Of a stretch of 64,000 nt of DNA, positions 27,772 to 37,254 are shown piece after piece. The stretch's first letter is position 1. The number at the start of each line of letters is the position of its first letter. The stretch spans positions 43,709 through 107,708 of the forward strand of contig CAVSBT010000019.1 of NCBI GenBank assembly GCA_963726245.1, in the 5' to 3' direction. The translations under genes were made by a program, and so were the position numbers. Origin of the DNA: an uncultured Chloroflexia bacterium. GTDB taxonomy: Bacteria > Chloroflexota > Dehalococcoidia > DSTF01 > JALHUB01. A model generated the notes under the pieces. The model was not told the origin of the DNA and searched no databases. It saw only the letters and a list, made by a program, of their open reading frames with translations.

Positions 27772-28764
27772 ATGGCCACCATCCGGCCCCCAATCGAAGT
27801 CCTCGACGAAGGCGTCGGGGAGTTCCGCATGCCCGACCCTGACGCCTACCGCGAGTGGGTCCGCGACCACAAGTCGCGGGCCCTGGTCAGCAAGCTCATG
27901 ACGGCGCAAGAGGCCGTTTCCCAGTTCGTCGAGGACGGGGACTACATCGCCTACGACTGCAACTACCTCCAGCGCGGTCCCAGCGCCCTCATCCGCGAGG
28001 TGATCCGTCAGAAGAAGAAGGACCTCTGGGTGGCGGGCAAGTTCACGTGGGTGGCGGTGCACCTCCTCGTCGCCGGCGGCTGCGCCAGCAAGGTGGACTG
28101 CGGCTTCTTCCTCTTCGGGAAGGCCATCGACCGTTACGTGCAGGAGAAGCGGGTCCAGATCTTCGAGTACAGCAACGTGGTGATGACCGTTCGTCTCCAG
28201 GCCGGCGCCATGGGCGTGCCCTTCCTGCCGCTGCGCTCCTTCGGCGGCACCGACGGCTTCCACCACTCGGGCGCCAAGCTTATCCGCGACCCGTACACTG
28301 GGCAGCCGGTCACCATCGTTCCCGCCCTCAACCCGGACGTGGCTCTCATCCACGTCCAGCAGGCGGACATGTACGGCAACGCCCGCGTCTTCGGAACCGG
28401 CATCGCCCACCAGGAGACGGCCCTGGCCTCGCGGAAGGTCATCGTCTCCGCCGAGGAGATCGTCGACTCGGAGGAGATCCGCCGCGATCCGGGTCGCACC
28501 TCCATCCCGTACTACTGTGTGGACGCTGTGGTACAGGCGCCCTTCGGGGCCTACCCGGGGGAGTGCGCCGGCTACTACGCTTCGGACCCCGCCGGCGTCA
28601 TCGAAGTAGTCGCCGCGGCGCTGAGCGACACGCTCGACCCCTACCTTGAGAAGTACGTGCACAGCGTTGCGGACGACCAGGAGATGCTGGCGAAGCACGT
28701 GGGGGTCGCCAGGCTCCTTGAGATGGAGCGCCGCCTCGCCACCAAGGAGGGCTACCGGCCGTGA
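27772..28764 (+). CDS. class I CoA-transferase subunit A (glutaconate/3-oxoacid CoA-transferase family)
   Basis: 330 aa. ...AQEAVSQFVEDGDYI...VRLQAGAMGVPFLPLRSFGGTD...ALIHVQQADMYGNARV. SD AGGAGG. Overlaps the B subunit start by GTGA. Confidence 0.8.
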   Translation: MATIRPPIEVLDEGVGEFRMPDPDAYREWVRDHKSRALVSKLMTAQEAVSQFVEDGDYIAYDCNYLQRGPSALIREVIRQKKKDLWVAGKFTWVAVHLLVAGGCASKVDCGFFLFGKAIDRYVQEKRVQIFEYSNVVMTVRLQAGAMGVPFLPLRSFGGTDGFHHSGAKLIRDPYTGQPVTIVPALNPDVALIHVQQADMYGNARVFGTGIAHQETALASRKVIVSAEEIVDSEEIRRDPGRTSIPYYCVDAVVQAPFGAYPGECAGYYASDPAGVIEVVAAALSDTLDPYLEKYVHSVADDQEMLAKHVGVARLLEMERRLATKEGYRP

Positions 28765-29606
28765 CGAGAGCCACGTCTTTCAACGAACGCGAGATGCAGA
28801 CCTGCACCGTCGCCCGCATGATCGAGGACGGCAAGACTTACTGGGTCGCCGGAGCCGGCAGCCCCCTCTACGCCCTCCTCATGGGTAAGAAGCTGTACGC
28901 CCCCAATGCCCAGTACATCACGGAGGACGGCGTCATCGCGCCGGAGCCCTTGCTCCCCTTTGACCCCATCATGAGCATGGTCTCGGCGCGGGCCGGATAC
29001 CGCGCCCTGGGCTGGGCCACCATGAACGCGGCCGGCAACCACGCCCAGGTTGGCCTCATGGACTACGGCATCCTCAACGCCTTGCAGATCGACCAGTACG
29101 GGAACATCAACTCGACGGCCATCGGCGCCTACGGCAAGGATGTCCGGCGCTTTGGCGGCCCCGGCGGCGCCGACTCCATCGCCTCCCTTTGCTGGCGGAC
29201 CATCGTCATCACTGACCAGGAGAGGCGGAAGTTCGTCGAGCGGGTGGACTTCATCTCCTCGCCCGGCTACCTGGACGGCAGGCCGGGCGCGCGGGAGAAG
29301 GCCGGCCTGCCCCGGGGCACCGGGCCCTGGCGCGTCGTCACCCCCTGGGCCATGTACGACTACGACGAGGAGCGCCGCCTACGGATCATCGCCGTCGCGC
29401 CGTGGGTGACGGTGGACGACGTGCTGGCGGAGTGCGAACACAAGCCCGTGGTGGCCGAGACGGTGGAGACCCTCGAGGTCCCGTCGGACGAAGAGCTGGA
29501 CATGCTGCGCAGCCGCCTCGACGTGATTGGCCAGATGAGCGGCATCGAGCGCAGCCGTTGGATCGTCTGGGACGGCGAGAAGTACGTGCGGCAGACCGAG
29601 TCGTAG
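28761..29606 (+). CDS. class I CoA-transferase subunit B
   Basis: 281 aa. Region ALQIDQYGNINST...GGPGGADSIA is typical of B subunits. Translationally coupled to subunit A. Confidence 0.8.
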   Translation: MTRATSFNEREMQTCTVARMIEDGKTYWVAGAGSPLYALLMGKKLYAPNAQYITEDGVIAPEPLLPFDPIMSMVSARAGYRALGWATMNAAGNHAQVGLMDYGILNALQIDQYGNINSTAIGAYGKDVRRFGGPGGADSIASLCWRTIVITDQERRKFVERVDFISSPGYLDGRPGAREKAGLPRGTGPWRVVTPWAMYDYDEERRLRIIAVAPWVTVDDVLAECEHKPVVAETVETLEVPSDEELDMLRSRLDVIGQMSGIERSRWIVWDGEKYVRQTES

Positions 29607-29628
29607 GGGCGGAGCTTCAGCTCCGCCC
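29606..29628 (+). terminator. GC hairpin immediately after the stop codon (REP-like single hairpin or terminator without U-tract)
   Basis: gggcggagc ttca gctccgccc directly follows TAG 29604-29606. A similar (T)AGCGGCGG-hairpin follows the next gene at 30124-30150. Confidence 0.4.
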
Positions 29629-29664
29629 AAGGCGGGGTCGGGCCCGCTGATAGGAGGCCGAGAC

Positions 29665-30126
29665 ATGGCCATGGTCAAGAGAGTCATCTTCCTCGTCGCT
29701 GTCCTTGCGCTGGCGCTCCTGTCTGGCGCGGGCGGCGCCGCTGCTCAGCCTCAGCAGCAAAACCCGCAGATCTATCCACCTCCTACCCCCCTGCGCATCG
29801 TCGACCTCGCCGTCGGATGCGACAACGTTGCGCTCACCTACCCCGACGGCACGTCGGTGAACGTGGTCGTGGGCTCGATCAACCCGCAGGGCGCCATGTA
29901 CGCCATCTGGCGGCTCAACTCGAGCCCGCCGACGCCGGGCGTCGGCCCGACCTTCGAGGGCTTCGCGCCCGCGGCTCCCCAGGCGAGCGACCTGCAAGGG
30001 GTGAACTTCCTGGAGGCCGTCTTCCTCTGCGTAAGTGTGCCCGCCGCCATCACGATGCCCGCCGTGCAGCCCTGGCCTTACCCGATCCCCCTGCCGCAGG
30101 CCACGCCGGGTGCGGGATCGCAGTAG
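29665..30126 (+). CDS. secreted hypothetical protein (signal peptide)
   Basis: MAMVKRVIFLVAVLALALLSGAGGAAAQ signal-like N-terminus. Pro-rich ends. SD AGGAGG. Confidence 0.55.
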   Translation: MAMVKRVIFLVAVLALALLSGAGGAAAQPQQQNPQIYPPPTPLRIVDLAVGCDNVALTYPDGTSVNVVVGSINPQGAMYAIWRLNSSPPTPGVGPTFEGFAPAAPQASDLQGVNFLEAVFLCVSVPAAITMPAVQPWPYPIPLPQATPGAGSQ

Positions 30127-30240
30127 CGGCGGTTCGCGAACCGCCCCTACACAGGGACGGTTGAGGCCCGGCTATTCGCCGGGCCTCAATGCCTTCGAAG
30201 GAGGAGAACCAGCCCTGGCTCGCGGGCTGGAACGACTTCG

Positions 30241-30630
30241 CTACAGCGAGTTGGAGGTGGGCTGCACTACCTCCCTTATCTTCGCCAAGAGAGACTTGAA
30301 GTCGATCTGCTTGAAGTGGTAGTCGGCGGCGCCGGCCTCGCGGGCGTCACGCCACTCCTCTCGGCTCAGGTAGGAGGTGAGGATTACGACGGCGCAGTGG
30401 TGTCCGTTGCTTGTCAGGCGGCGGCAGAGGTCTAAGCCGCCGCCGTCATCGCGCTTGACGTCCAGCAGGATCACGTCGGGCCGGCGCTCGGCCAGCCAGA
30501 GAGCCGCCTCCTCGGCGCAGCCGGTCGCCCCTACCACCTCGACGGCCTCACAGCGTGACAGCGAGGCCACGAGCTCGCAGCGGACGCGCTCGTGGTCGTC
30601 GACAATCATCACGCGGATCTTGTCCGCCAA
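30241..30630 (-). CDS. stand-alone response-regulator receiver (CheY-like)
   Basis: VMIVDDHE...DVILLDVKRDDGGG...VVILTSY...K pattern, 129 aa, no output domain. Confidence 0.8.
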   Translation of the reverse strand: MADKIRVMIVDDHERVRCELVASLSRCEAVEVVGATGCAEEAALWLAERRPDVILLDVKRDDGGGLDLCRRLTSNGHHCAVVILTSYLSREEWRDAREAGAADYHFKQIDFKSLLAKIREVVQPTSNSL

Positions 30631-30840
30631 CCTCGGGTCCTTTCCGGCCGCCCGGCCTGGGCCTAGGCTTTAGGACAGTATCTCCGAGAAACCACAGGGG
30701 ACATAAGCGCCATAAGACTCGCCTGCGGCGTAAGACAGGCCCGAAAAGCGGGGGCCGAACGGACTGGAAGGGCTAGCCATTCGGTCGCCGCCGCTTTGCC
30801 TGCTGGCGGACGGCGACCGGGGCCACGAGGGAGGCCGAAC

Positions 30841-31515
30841 CTAGGCCTCCTTCTCCTCACCGTTTTTCCGCAGGCCCTTGCGGGCGATGAAGGCGGCGGC
30901 TTCGGCTCGACGGCGCAGGTTCAGCTTGCTGAGGATGCTGCTGACGTAGTTCTTGACCGTCTTATCGCTGAGGAAGATCTCCTCCGCGATCTCCTTGTTC
31001 GTCTTGCCTTCGGCGATGAGGAGAAGGATCTTCTGCTCCTGGTCTGAGAGGCTGGCCAGGCTGTCGTCGGGCCGGCGGCCGCCCAGGCTGCGCACCCGCT
31101 CCAGCACCTTTTGAGTGACAGCCGGGTCCAGCAGAGAGCCGCCGTCGGCCACCGCCTCGATGGCTTCCGCCAGAGCCTGCCCCCGCGTCTGCTTCAGGAG
31201 ATAGCCCGCCGCGCCGGCCAGGATCGAGGCGAAGACAGCCTCGTCATCGGCGTAGGACGTGAGCATGATGACCTTGGTATCCGGATACTCCTGCCGGATC
31301 TCGCGACAAGCCTCCACGCCGCTACCGTCGGGCAGCCGCACGTCCATGATCACCACTTCCGGGCGGAGCCGAGACGCTTCCTCGATCGCCGTGGCGACGG
31401 TGCCTGCCTCTCCTACCACGTTGATGCCCTCGCGCCGGTTCAAGAGGGAGCGCAGCCCCTCCCGCACGACTTCGTGGTCGTCCACGATGAGCACTCTCAG
31501 AGGTCTGTCAGTCAT
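30841..31515 (-). CDS. NarL/LuxR-family response regulator (DevR/DosR-like)
   Basis: REC (VLIVDDHEVV...VVIMDVRLPDGSG) plus a LuxR-type HTH (LSDQEQKILLLIAEGKTNKEIAEEIFLSDKTVKNYVSSILSKL). Start overlaps the stop of the kinase gene. Confidence 0.9.
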   Translation of the reverse strand: MTDRPLRVLIVDDHEVVREGLRSLLNRREGINVVGEAGTVATAIEEASRLRPEVVIMDVRLPDGSGVEACREIRQEYPDTKVIMLTSYADDEAVFASILAGAAGYLLKQTRGQALAEAIEAVADGGSLLDPAVTQKVLERVRSLGGRRPDDSLASLSDQEQKILLLIAEGKTNKEIAEEIFLSDKTVKNYVSSILSKLNLRRRAEAAAFIARKGLRKNGEEKEA

Positions 31516-33392
31516 TGTTGTCCCTCCATACTACCCATGGGGACCTCCACCACCACAGTTGTGCCCTTCCCGGGGGAGCTCTCCAGCGAGAGATGCCCTC
31601 CGAGACTCTGGGCCCGCTCCGCCATGTTGCCCAGGCCCCTGTGCTCTGGCTCGGCGCCGCGTCCCGGCGCAAAGCCGATCCCGTTGTCGGAGATGGCCAG
31701 CCGGAGAAGGCCGTTCCGCGTCGTCACACGCGCCTCTACCGCCGACGCGCGGGCGTGCTTCTGCACGTTGGCCAAGGCTTCCTGTGCTATGTGGAAGAGA
31801 TTGCTGACCTGGTCTCCCGTCAGTGTCGCGCTCAGATCCCGGCCGCCGTCCACCACCAGGTTGGCTTCGATGAGGCTGTTGACCCGCAGCTCCCGGACGA
31901 GGGTGGACAGGGCGTCCGTAAAGTCCGAGGACTCGAGGGCGCCGGGGCGCAGGTCAAAGATGTAGTTGCGGATGTCCTTGATAACCTGGTTGAGGTCGTT
32001 GATGGCCTTGTCCAGCCGCGCCCGCACGTCCTGGGGCTGATCGAACACCTCCTCGGTGCACTCCTCCAGGTTCAGGCCCACGGCGTAGATCGACTGAATG
32101 ACGCCGTCGTGCAGGTCCATGCCGATGCGCTGGCGCTCCTCCAGCACCGCCAGGGACTGTACCCGTTCGTAGAGGCCGGCGTTCTCGACGGCGATGGCCG
32201 CCAAATTGGCGAAGGCCTGGAGCAACTGCGCGTCGTGCTCCGAGAAGTGGGTGGGCGTCCGGTTGGCCACGTCAAGGACTCCCAGGAGTTTGCCCTTGGC
32301 AGCGAAGCGGGCCGCGATGAAGGAGATCAGCCCTTCCTCCACGATCTCGGGGATGGGCGGCGCGGTGCGCCGGTCGGTCAGGTAATCCTTGATGATGGCA
32401 GGGCCTTCCTCTTCTGTCGGCGGCTCAGGCGCGGTCTGGCTGACGGCGATCCGGAGATTGCGAACGGCCGCGGTGCGGAGGCCCACGGACGCGGCCATGA
32501 CCAGCTCGTCCCGGCTGGGTGAGAGCAGGGTGAGCATGGCGGTGTCGGTCCTGAGCAGCTCCTGGGCCTGCTGCACCACCGTCTCCAGCAGGGCGTGCAG
32601 GTCGAGGCTGGCGGCCACCTGCTCGCCCAGCTCGAAGACGCTCCTCCACTCCTGGGCGCGGCGCCGCTCCTCCTGGTAGAGGCGCGCGTTCTCGATGGCC
32701 ACTGCCGCCTGCGCGGCGAAGAGGGTGACGGCGTCCTGGTCCTGCTGGCTGAACTCGGCGCCGCCTTCCTTCTCCGTCAGGTACAGGTCGCCGATGGTGC
32801 GCCCCTTGTAGACGATGGGAAGACCCAGCAGGGTGCGCATCACGGGATGGTTCGGAGGGAAACCGGCCGATTGGGGATGGGCGCTGATGTCGGCCAGGCG
32901 CAGCGCCAGGCCCTCGCGCATGATGAGGCCTAGCACTCCTTTACCCTCGGGAGGGTGCCCGATGCGCTCTCGCTCTTCGGCGCTGATGCCGGAGGTGATG
33001 AACTCCCGGATCCGGCCCTGCTCGTCGAGAACGCCCAGGGCCCCGTAGCGCGCCTGTGCCACCTGGCGGCTGAGGTCCACCACCTTCTGCAAGACGGCTT
33101 CCAGCGACAGCTCAGAGGTGAGGCTGAAGCTGGCCTCGTTGAGGGCCGCCAGGCGCGCCTGAGCGTCCTCCACGGCCCGAAAGATGAGCCTGGAGAAGAA
33201 CACGGCGCCCAGGAGGGTTACGGCAGCCGCCATCAGAGCAGCCAGCCAGGGCGCAGTCAGGGGTTCGACGACGGTCACCGTGACCGCTTCGAGGGTCAGT
33301 AGAAAGGCCGCCGGAATGACGATAGTGGCCCAGCGCAGACGAGAGAACTTACACCTTCCTTCTTGATCGCGCGCGCAGCTTCGCGATGTCAT
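31512..33392 (-). CDS. membrane-anchored tandem-GAF histidine kinase, DevS/DosT-like (HisKA_3 + HATPase_c)
   Basis: Two N-terminal TM helices. GAF-A has IGHPPEGKGVLGLI...ISAHPQSAGFPPNHPVMRTLLGLPI...LYLTEK, very similar to mycobacterial DevS/DosT as I recall them. A second GAF follows. H-box RQRIGMDLHDGVIQ and the ATPase N and G boxes are present. Start set at ATG 33392; the longer ORF to 33626 runs through a repeat. Confidence 0.85.
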   Translation of the reverse strand: MTSRSCARDQEGRCKFSRLRWATIVIPAAFLLTLEAVTVTVVEPLTAPWLAALMAAAVTLLGAVFFSRLIFRAVEDAQARLAALNEASFSLTSELSLEAVLQKVVDLSRQVAQARYGALGVLDEQGRIREFITSGISAEERERIGHPPEGKGVLGLIMREGLALRLADISAHPQSAGFPPNHPVMRTLLGLPIVYKGRTIGDLYLTEKEGGAEFSQQDQDAVTLFAAQAAVAIENARLYQEERRRAQEWRSVFELGEQVAASLDLHALLETVVQQAQELLRTDTAMLTLLSPSRDELVMAASVGLRTAAVRNLRIAVSQTAPEPPTEEEGPAIIKDYLTDRRTAPPIPEIVEEGLISFIAARFAAKGKLLGVLDVANRTPTHFSEHDAQLLQAFANLAAIAVENAGLYERVQSLAVLEERQRIGMDLHDGVIQSIYAVGLNLEECTEEVFDQPQDVRARLDKAINDLNQVIKDIRNYIFDLRPGALESSDFTDALSTLVRELRVNSLIEANLVVDGGRDLSATLTGDQVSNLFHIAQEALANVQKHARASAVEARVTTRNGLLRLAISDNGIGFAPGRGAEPEHRGLGNMAERAQSLGGHLSLESSPGKGTTVVVEVPMGSMEGQQ

Positions 33393-33550
33393 TATACAAC
33401 AGCAGCCGTATCTGAGGCCCCTGGCGCGAGCATCGGGGCTAGGCCGAATGGCCCTCGCAGATTGGTACGGACGGCCCTTAAAGTTGGTGAGAGTTGTCAC
33501 TAAAGTGTTGGCATAGCGGTGGGCCCTCAGAAGCCCACTCGCGTAGAAGC

Positions 33551-33627
33551 GTCTCCCTCCCTCCGCGGGTCGGGGCGCCCTTACGGGTTGACGTACCGCC
33601 GCTGGCCCCGAGGACGCCCCGGCCACA
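33551..33627. repeat. ~75-nt direct repeat, copy 1
   Basis: gtctccctccctccgcgggtcgggg...ccgccgctggccccgaggacgccccggccaca. Aligns with 33757-33830. Confidence 0.7.
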
Positions 33628-33756
33628 ATAAGCGGAGGTTTGACGATACGGCGAGAACGGCTTACAAGAGTAGCAGAGGAGGCTTCGCTAGGCTGCTACT
33701 GAGTTGAACCCCTCGGCTGGATTGGCCGGTTGGCATGGGGTCCGGCTCCCAAACTA

Positions 33757-33830
33757 GTCTCCCTCCCTCCGCTGGTCGGGGTGTTTTCGCGGGCTGAGCC
33801 GCCGCTGGCTCCGAGGACGCCCCGACCACA
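33757..33830. repeat. ~75-nt direct repeat, copy 2
   Basis: gtctccctccctccgctggtcgggg...ccgccgctggctccgaggacgccccgaccaca. Confidence 0.7.
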
Positions 33831-34313
33831 CTTTTTGCCCCAGATTGCGTCAGCGACCCCAACGGCCTCGACGAGGACAACGACGGGACACCGTGTGAGA
33901 GCCTGTGTAGGTGAGCAGCAGGCGGTGTGGCATAGCACACTAAGAGTACATGGTGCCTCAAGGCTGGCCCATATACCCTTCAGAGTCAACCGCTTCCAGA
34001 TACGGATGGGGTTTTGGCACCCCACAGGCGGTCAGGGGTAGAAGCGCCCCCGAAGGTTAACGCTGCTTCGCCTATTCACCCTCTCTCTGAGGCGACAGCG
34101 GCTCACCCCCACAATCGAGAGCCCCAGGCCTTGGGGCTGGTGTTGCTGATCCCGTGGACGCCGCTTCCGACGGCACCGATTGTGCGGCCAAGGGATCGGC
34201 TGGCTGGCCTGCACCCTGTGGCAGTGCAGGAAGGAACAGGGTAGACTAAGCCGGATCCTGCGTGGAGCGGGGGATAGGTCTCTGGGCGGCGCAGGCAAGG
34301 GGGGTGTTTGACG

Positions 34314-35634
34314 ATGCTGCCAAGATTCCGACGCGGATTCCTTCTCGCAGCCGTGCTCCTCGTCGCTGGTCTCCTCCTGTTGAGCTGCGGTGGGGGAGAG
34401 AAGGAGGCCGCTGAGACGCCTGTGTCGACAACCGGCACTGAGACGCCGGGCTCTCAGAAAGTGCCGGGTGTGACGGACACGGAGATCTTGATTGGGGCCA
34501 ATTTCCCGCTAAGCCAGTCGCCGGCGTCGGCGTATGCCGTCATCGCCGACGCCATGCGGGCCTACTTCGACTACATCAACTCGCAAGGGGGCATCTACGG
34601 CCGAAAGATAAGGTTCATTGTTGGGCGATGACCACTACAACCCGGCCGATGCGGTCGAGGTGGTGCGAAAGCTCGTCGAGCAGGACCAGGTTTTCGCTAT
34701 CGTCGGTGGCCTCGGCGACCCGACCCAGCTCGCCGTCATAGACTATCTGGAAGAGAAAGGCGTGCCCGACCTCTTCCTGGGCGGCGGCATCGTGAAGTTC
34801 ACCGAGCCCGTGGTGAAGACGCGCTTTGCCATGACGTTGGACTACGGGACAGAAGTGAAAGCAATGGTGGACTACCTCAAGAAGAACTATGGCGGGAAGA
34901 GGATGGGCATCATCTATCAGAGCGATACAGCCGGCACCTCCAGCATGGAGATGATGACCGAGGCACTGAAGGACAGCGACATCGAGATCGTCTCCAGGCA
35001 GTCATACGACTTTGTCCAGTGCGACCTCACCGCGCAGATGCAGCGGCTAAAGGCCGACAATCCCGACTTTGTTGACCTCATGGCTAACCCGGGCGCGGCC
35101 GCTAGCGCGATCAAGGTAGCGCGAGAGGTTCTCAATTGGGACGTACCTTTTGTCTCCAGCGCCGTTTCCGCCGTTGAGTTCACGATAGCCCTGGCGGGCG
35201 CCAAGAACGCTGAGGGTACTGTCAGCCTGACCACCGGCAAAATGATATCGGAGACGGACGACGCCGGCGTGCAGCGCCACATCGAGATCATGAAGCAGTT
35301 CGCTCCTAACGTGGCGCCGAGCTCTCTGACCGAGTACGGCATGACTGTCGCCGAACTCTTTGTTCAGGCGCTGAAGAACGCCGGCCCGAACCTGACCCGG
35401 GAGAGCATCGTGGAGGGCGCCGAAAGCATTCGCGACTTCTGCTGCCTCACTTGCGTGGCGCCTGTGAACCTCAGCCCAACCGATCATCGAGCGTCAGAGA
35501 CTATGTGGTTCGAAAGGGTCGAGAACGGCAAGTGGGTGCGGTTTGGCGAGCCCGTGAGCTACGAATCGACGCCCGGCAAAGTCGTCGCCTGCAAGGGCGC
35601 GGGAGAGCCCGTTTACGCCGGCGGAGGGGAGTGA
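34314..35634 (+). CDS. lipoprotein ABC-transporter substrate-binding protein (Leu/Ile/Val-binding, type 1 PBP family), frame broken at 34623-34625
   Basis: Lipobox LLLLSCGGG. GVTDTEILIG...GGIYGRKIRFIVG | DDHYNPADAVEVVRKLVEQDQVFAIVG. The halves come from ORFs 34308..34631 and 34618..35634. The paralogue at 35715 reads straight through the same point. Confidence 0.85.
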
Positions 35635-35714
35635 CAGCGGTCGAGGCCGATTCGGCGAACGGTAGAGGTGAGGGAGTGACTGACCGAGCGGCGAGGGCAA
35701 AGGGGTGTGTAACA

Positions 35715-37028
35715 ATGCTACCAAGATTTCGACGTGGATTCCTTCTCGCGGCCATACTGACCGCCGGTCTCCTGGTCTTGAGCTGCGGCGGAGGGGAGGA
35801 GGCCAGCAAGACGCCTGAGGCTACCCAGCCTGCGGGCGCTCAGACGCCGGGCGCGGAGAAGGTGCCGGGCGTAACGGACACCGAGATCATACTGGGGGCC
35901 CATTTCCCCATCAGCCAGACGCCGGCGGCGGCCTACGCGCCCATCGCCGACGGCTTGCGGGCCTACTTCGAGTACGTCAACTCCCAGGGGGGCATCTACG
36001 GCCGCAAGATCAAGTTCCTGGTGGGAGATGACCACTTCAACCCGGCGGACGCAGTCGAGGTGGTGCGCAAGCTGGTGGAGCAGGACGGCATCTTCGCCAT
36101 GGTCTCCGGCCTGGGTGACGCGCCCCACGCCGCCGTCTGGAAGTATCTGGAGGACAACGGCGTCCCTGACATGTTTGTGTCCGGCGGCCTCGACAAGTGG
36201 ACGGACCCGCTGGTAAGGACCCGTTTCCAGGGCAACACAAACTACGGTACCGAGGGGAGGATGCTCGGCAAGTATCTCGTCGAGAACTACGACGGGAAGA
36301 AGCTTGCCCTGCTGCTGGAGAACGACGAGTTCGGAGATAACGGCAAGGAAGCAATCCTCGAGGGCATAAAGGGCAGCGACATCCAGGTCGTGGCGGAGGA
36401 GAGGTACGAGACCACCCAGTGGGACGTGACCGCCCAGGCGCAGCGGTTGAAGGCGGCCAACCCCGACGTTATCTTCGTCCAGGCCATCCCGCCGCCCGCC
36501 GCCAGTCTGGTCAAGGCAGCCCGCGAGACCCTGAGCTGGGATGTGCCCATCGTGGTCACGGGCGTCGTCCAGACAGACATATTCATCCAGTTGGCGGGCC
36601 CGCAGAACGCGGAGGGTGTGGTCAGCGTGGTTTTCCTTAGGCAAGTCTACCAGACGGATGACCCCGGGATCCAGCGACACATCCAGATCATGAAGGACTT
36701 CGGCCAGGGCGTGGAGGCGTCCAACTTCACCCTCTACGGCGCCGCCATGGGCGAGCTCATGGTGAAATCCCTGGAGAACGCGGGGCCGAACCTGACCCGG
36801 GATAGCCTGACAGACGGCGCCGAGGCCATCCGCGACTGGTGCTGCACATTGTGCCTGACGCCTGTGAACATGAGCCCCACCGACCACCGTCCCTTTGAGA
36901 TCGAGGTCTACAACAAGGTGGAGAACGGGAAGTGGGTGCCGTTCGGCGAGCCGGTGAATTTCGAGTCCACGCCGGGCAAGGTCATCAGCTGCAAGAACGG
37001 GGGCGAGCCCGTCTACGCCGGCGGGTGA
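35715..37028 (+). CDS. lipoprotein ABC-transporter substrate-binding protein (Leu/Ile/Val-binding family), paralogue
   Basis: MLPRFRRGFLLAAILTAGLLVLSCGGG lipobox. Colinear similarity with the preceding gene. Start set at ATG 35715 by homology. Confidence 0.85.
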   Translation: MLPRFRRGFLLAAILTAGLLVLSCGGGEEASKTPEATQPAGAQTPGAEKVPGVTDTEIILGAHFPISQTPAAAYAPIADGLRAYFEYVNSQGGIYGRKIKFLVGDDHFNPADAVEVVRKLVEQDGIFAMVSGLGDAPHAAVWKYLEDNGVPDMFVSGGLDKWTDPLVRTRFQGNTNYGTEGRMLGKYLVENYDGKKLALLLENDEFGDNGKEAILEGIKGSDIQVVAEERYETTQWDVTAQAQRLKAANPDVIFVQAIPPPAASLVKAARETLSWDVPIVVTGVVQTDIFIQLAGPQNAEGVVSVVFLRQVYQTDDPGIQRHIQIMKDFGQGVEASNFTLYGAAMGELMVKSLENAGPNLTRDSLTDGAEAIRDWCCTLCLTPVNMSPTDHRPFEIEVYNKVENGKWVPFGEPVNFESTPGKVISCKNGGEPVYAGG

Positions 37029-37254
37029 TGCCGGCTAAGGTGGCGGGCGGACTTCCCAGGGTAGCTTCAGACGAAGTGCCGCGGGGGTGCGAGGGCTGAT
37101 GCCTCTCACGATGGGATCGGGCATAAATGACGACTACTATTGCCTCCCCACAGGTCGCATCTTCGGTCCACACAACCTGGATTCAATGGACTCCCACGCG
37201 CAACAGGCGGCACAGTAGCGCCACGCCAGGTGGCGGGCTCGGGCATAGCACACT

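Noticed and set aside
33393-33626. N-terminal 78-aa extension of the DevS-like kinase ORF (ORF track start 33626).
   Set aside because: The extension translates the ~75-nt repeat and low-complexity sequence (GASSGPAAVRQPVRAPRPAEGGRR). The same peptide-like string arises from repeat copy 2 in a non-gene context. The ATG at 33392 precedes the first TM helix.
33929-33942. 14-mer ggcatagcacacta shared with 37241-37254 at the edge of the IS110 remnant, considered as possible IS ends.
   Set aside because: By my rough estimate, several exact 14-mer matches are expected by chance in 64 kb on both strands. The flanking sequence shows no further similarity.
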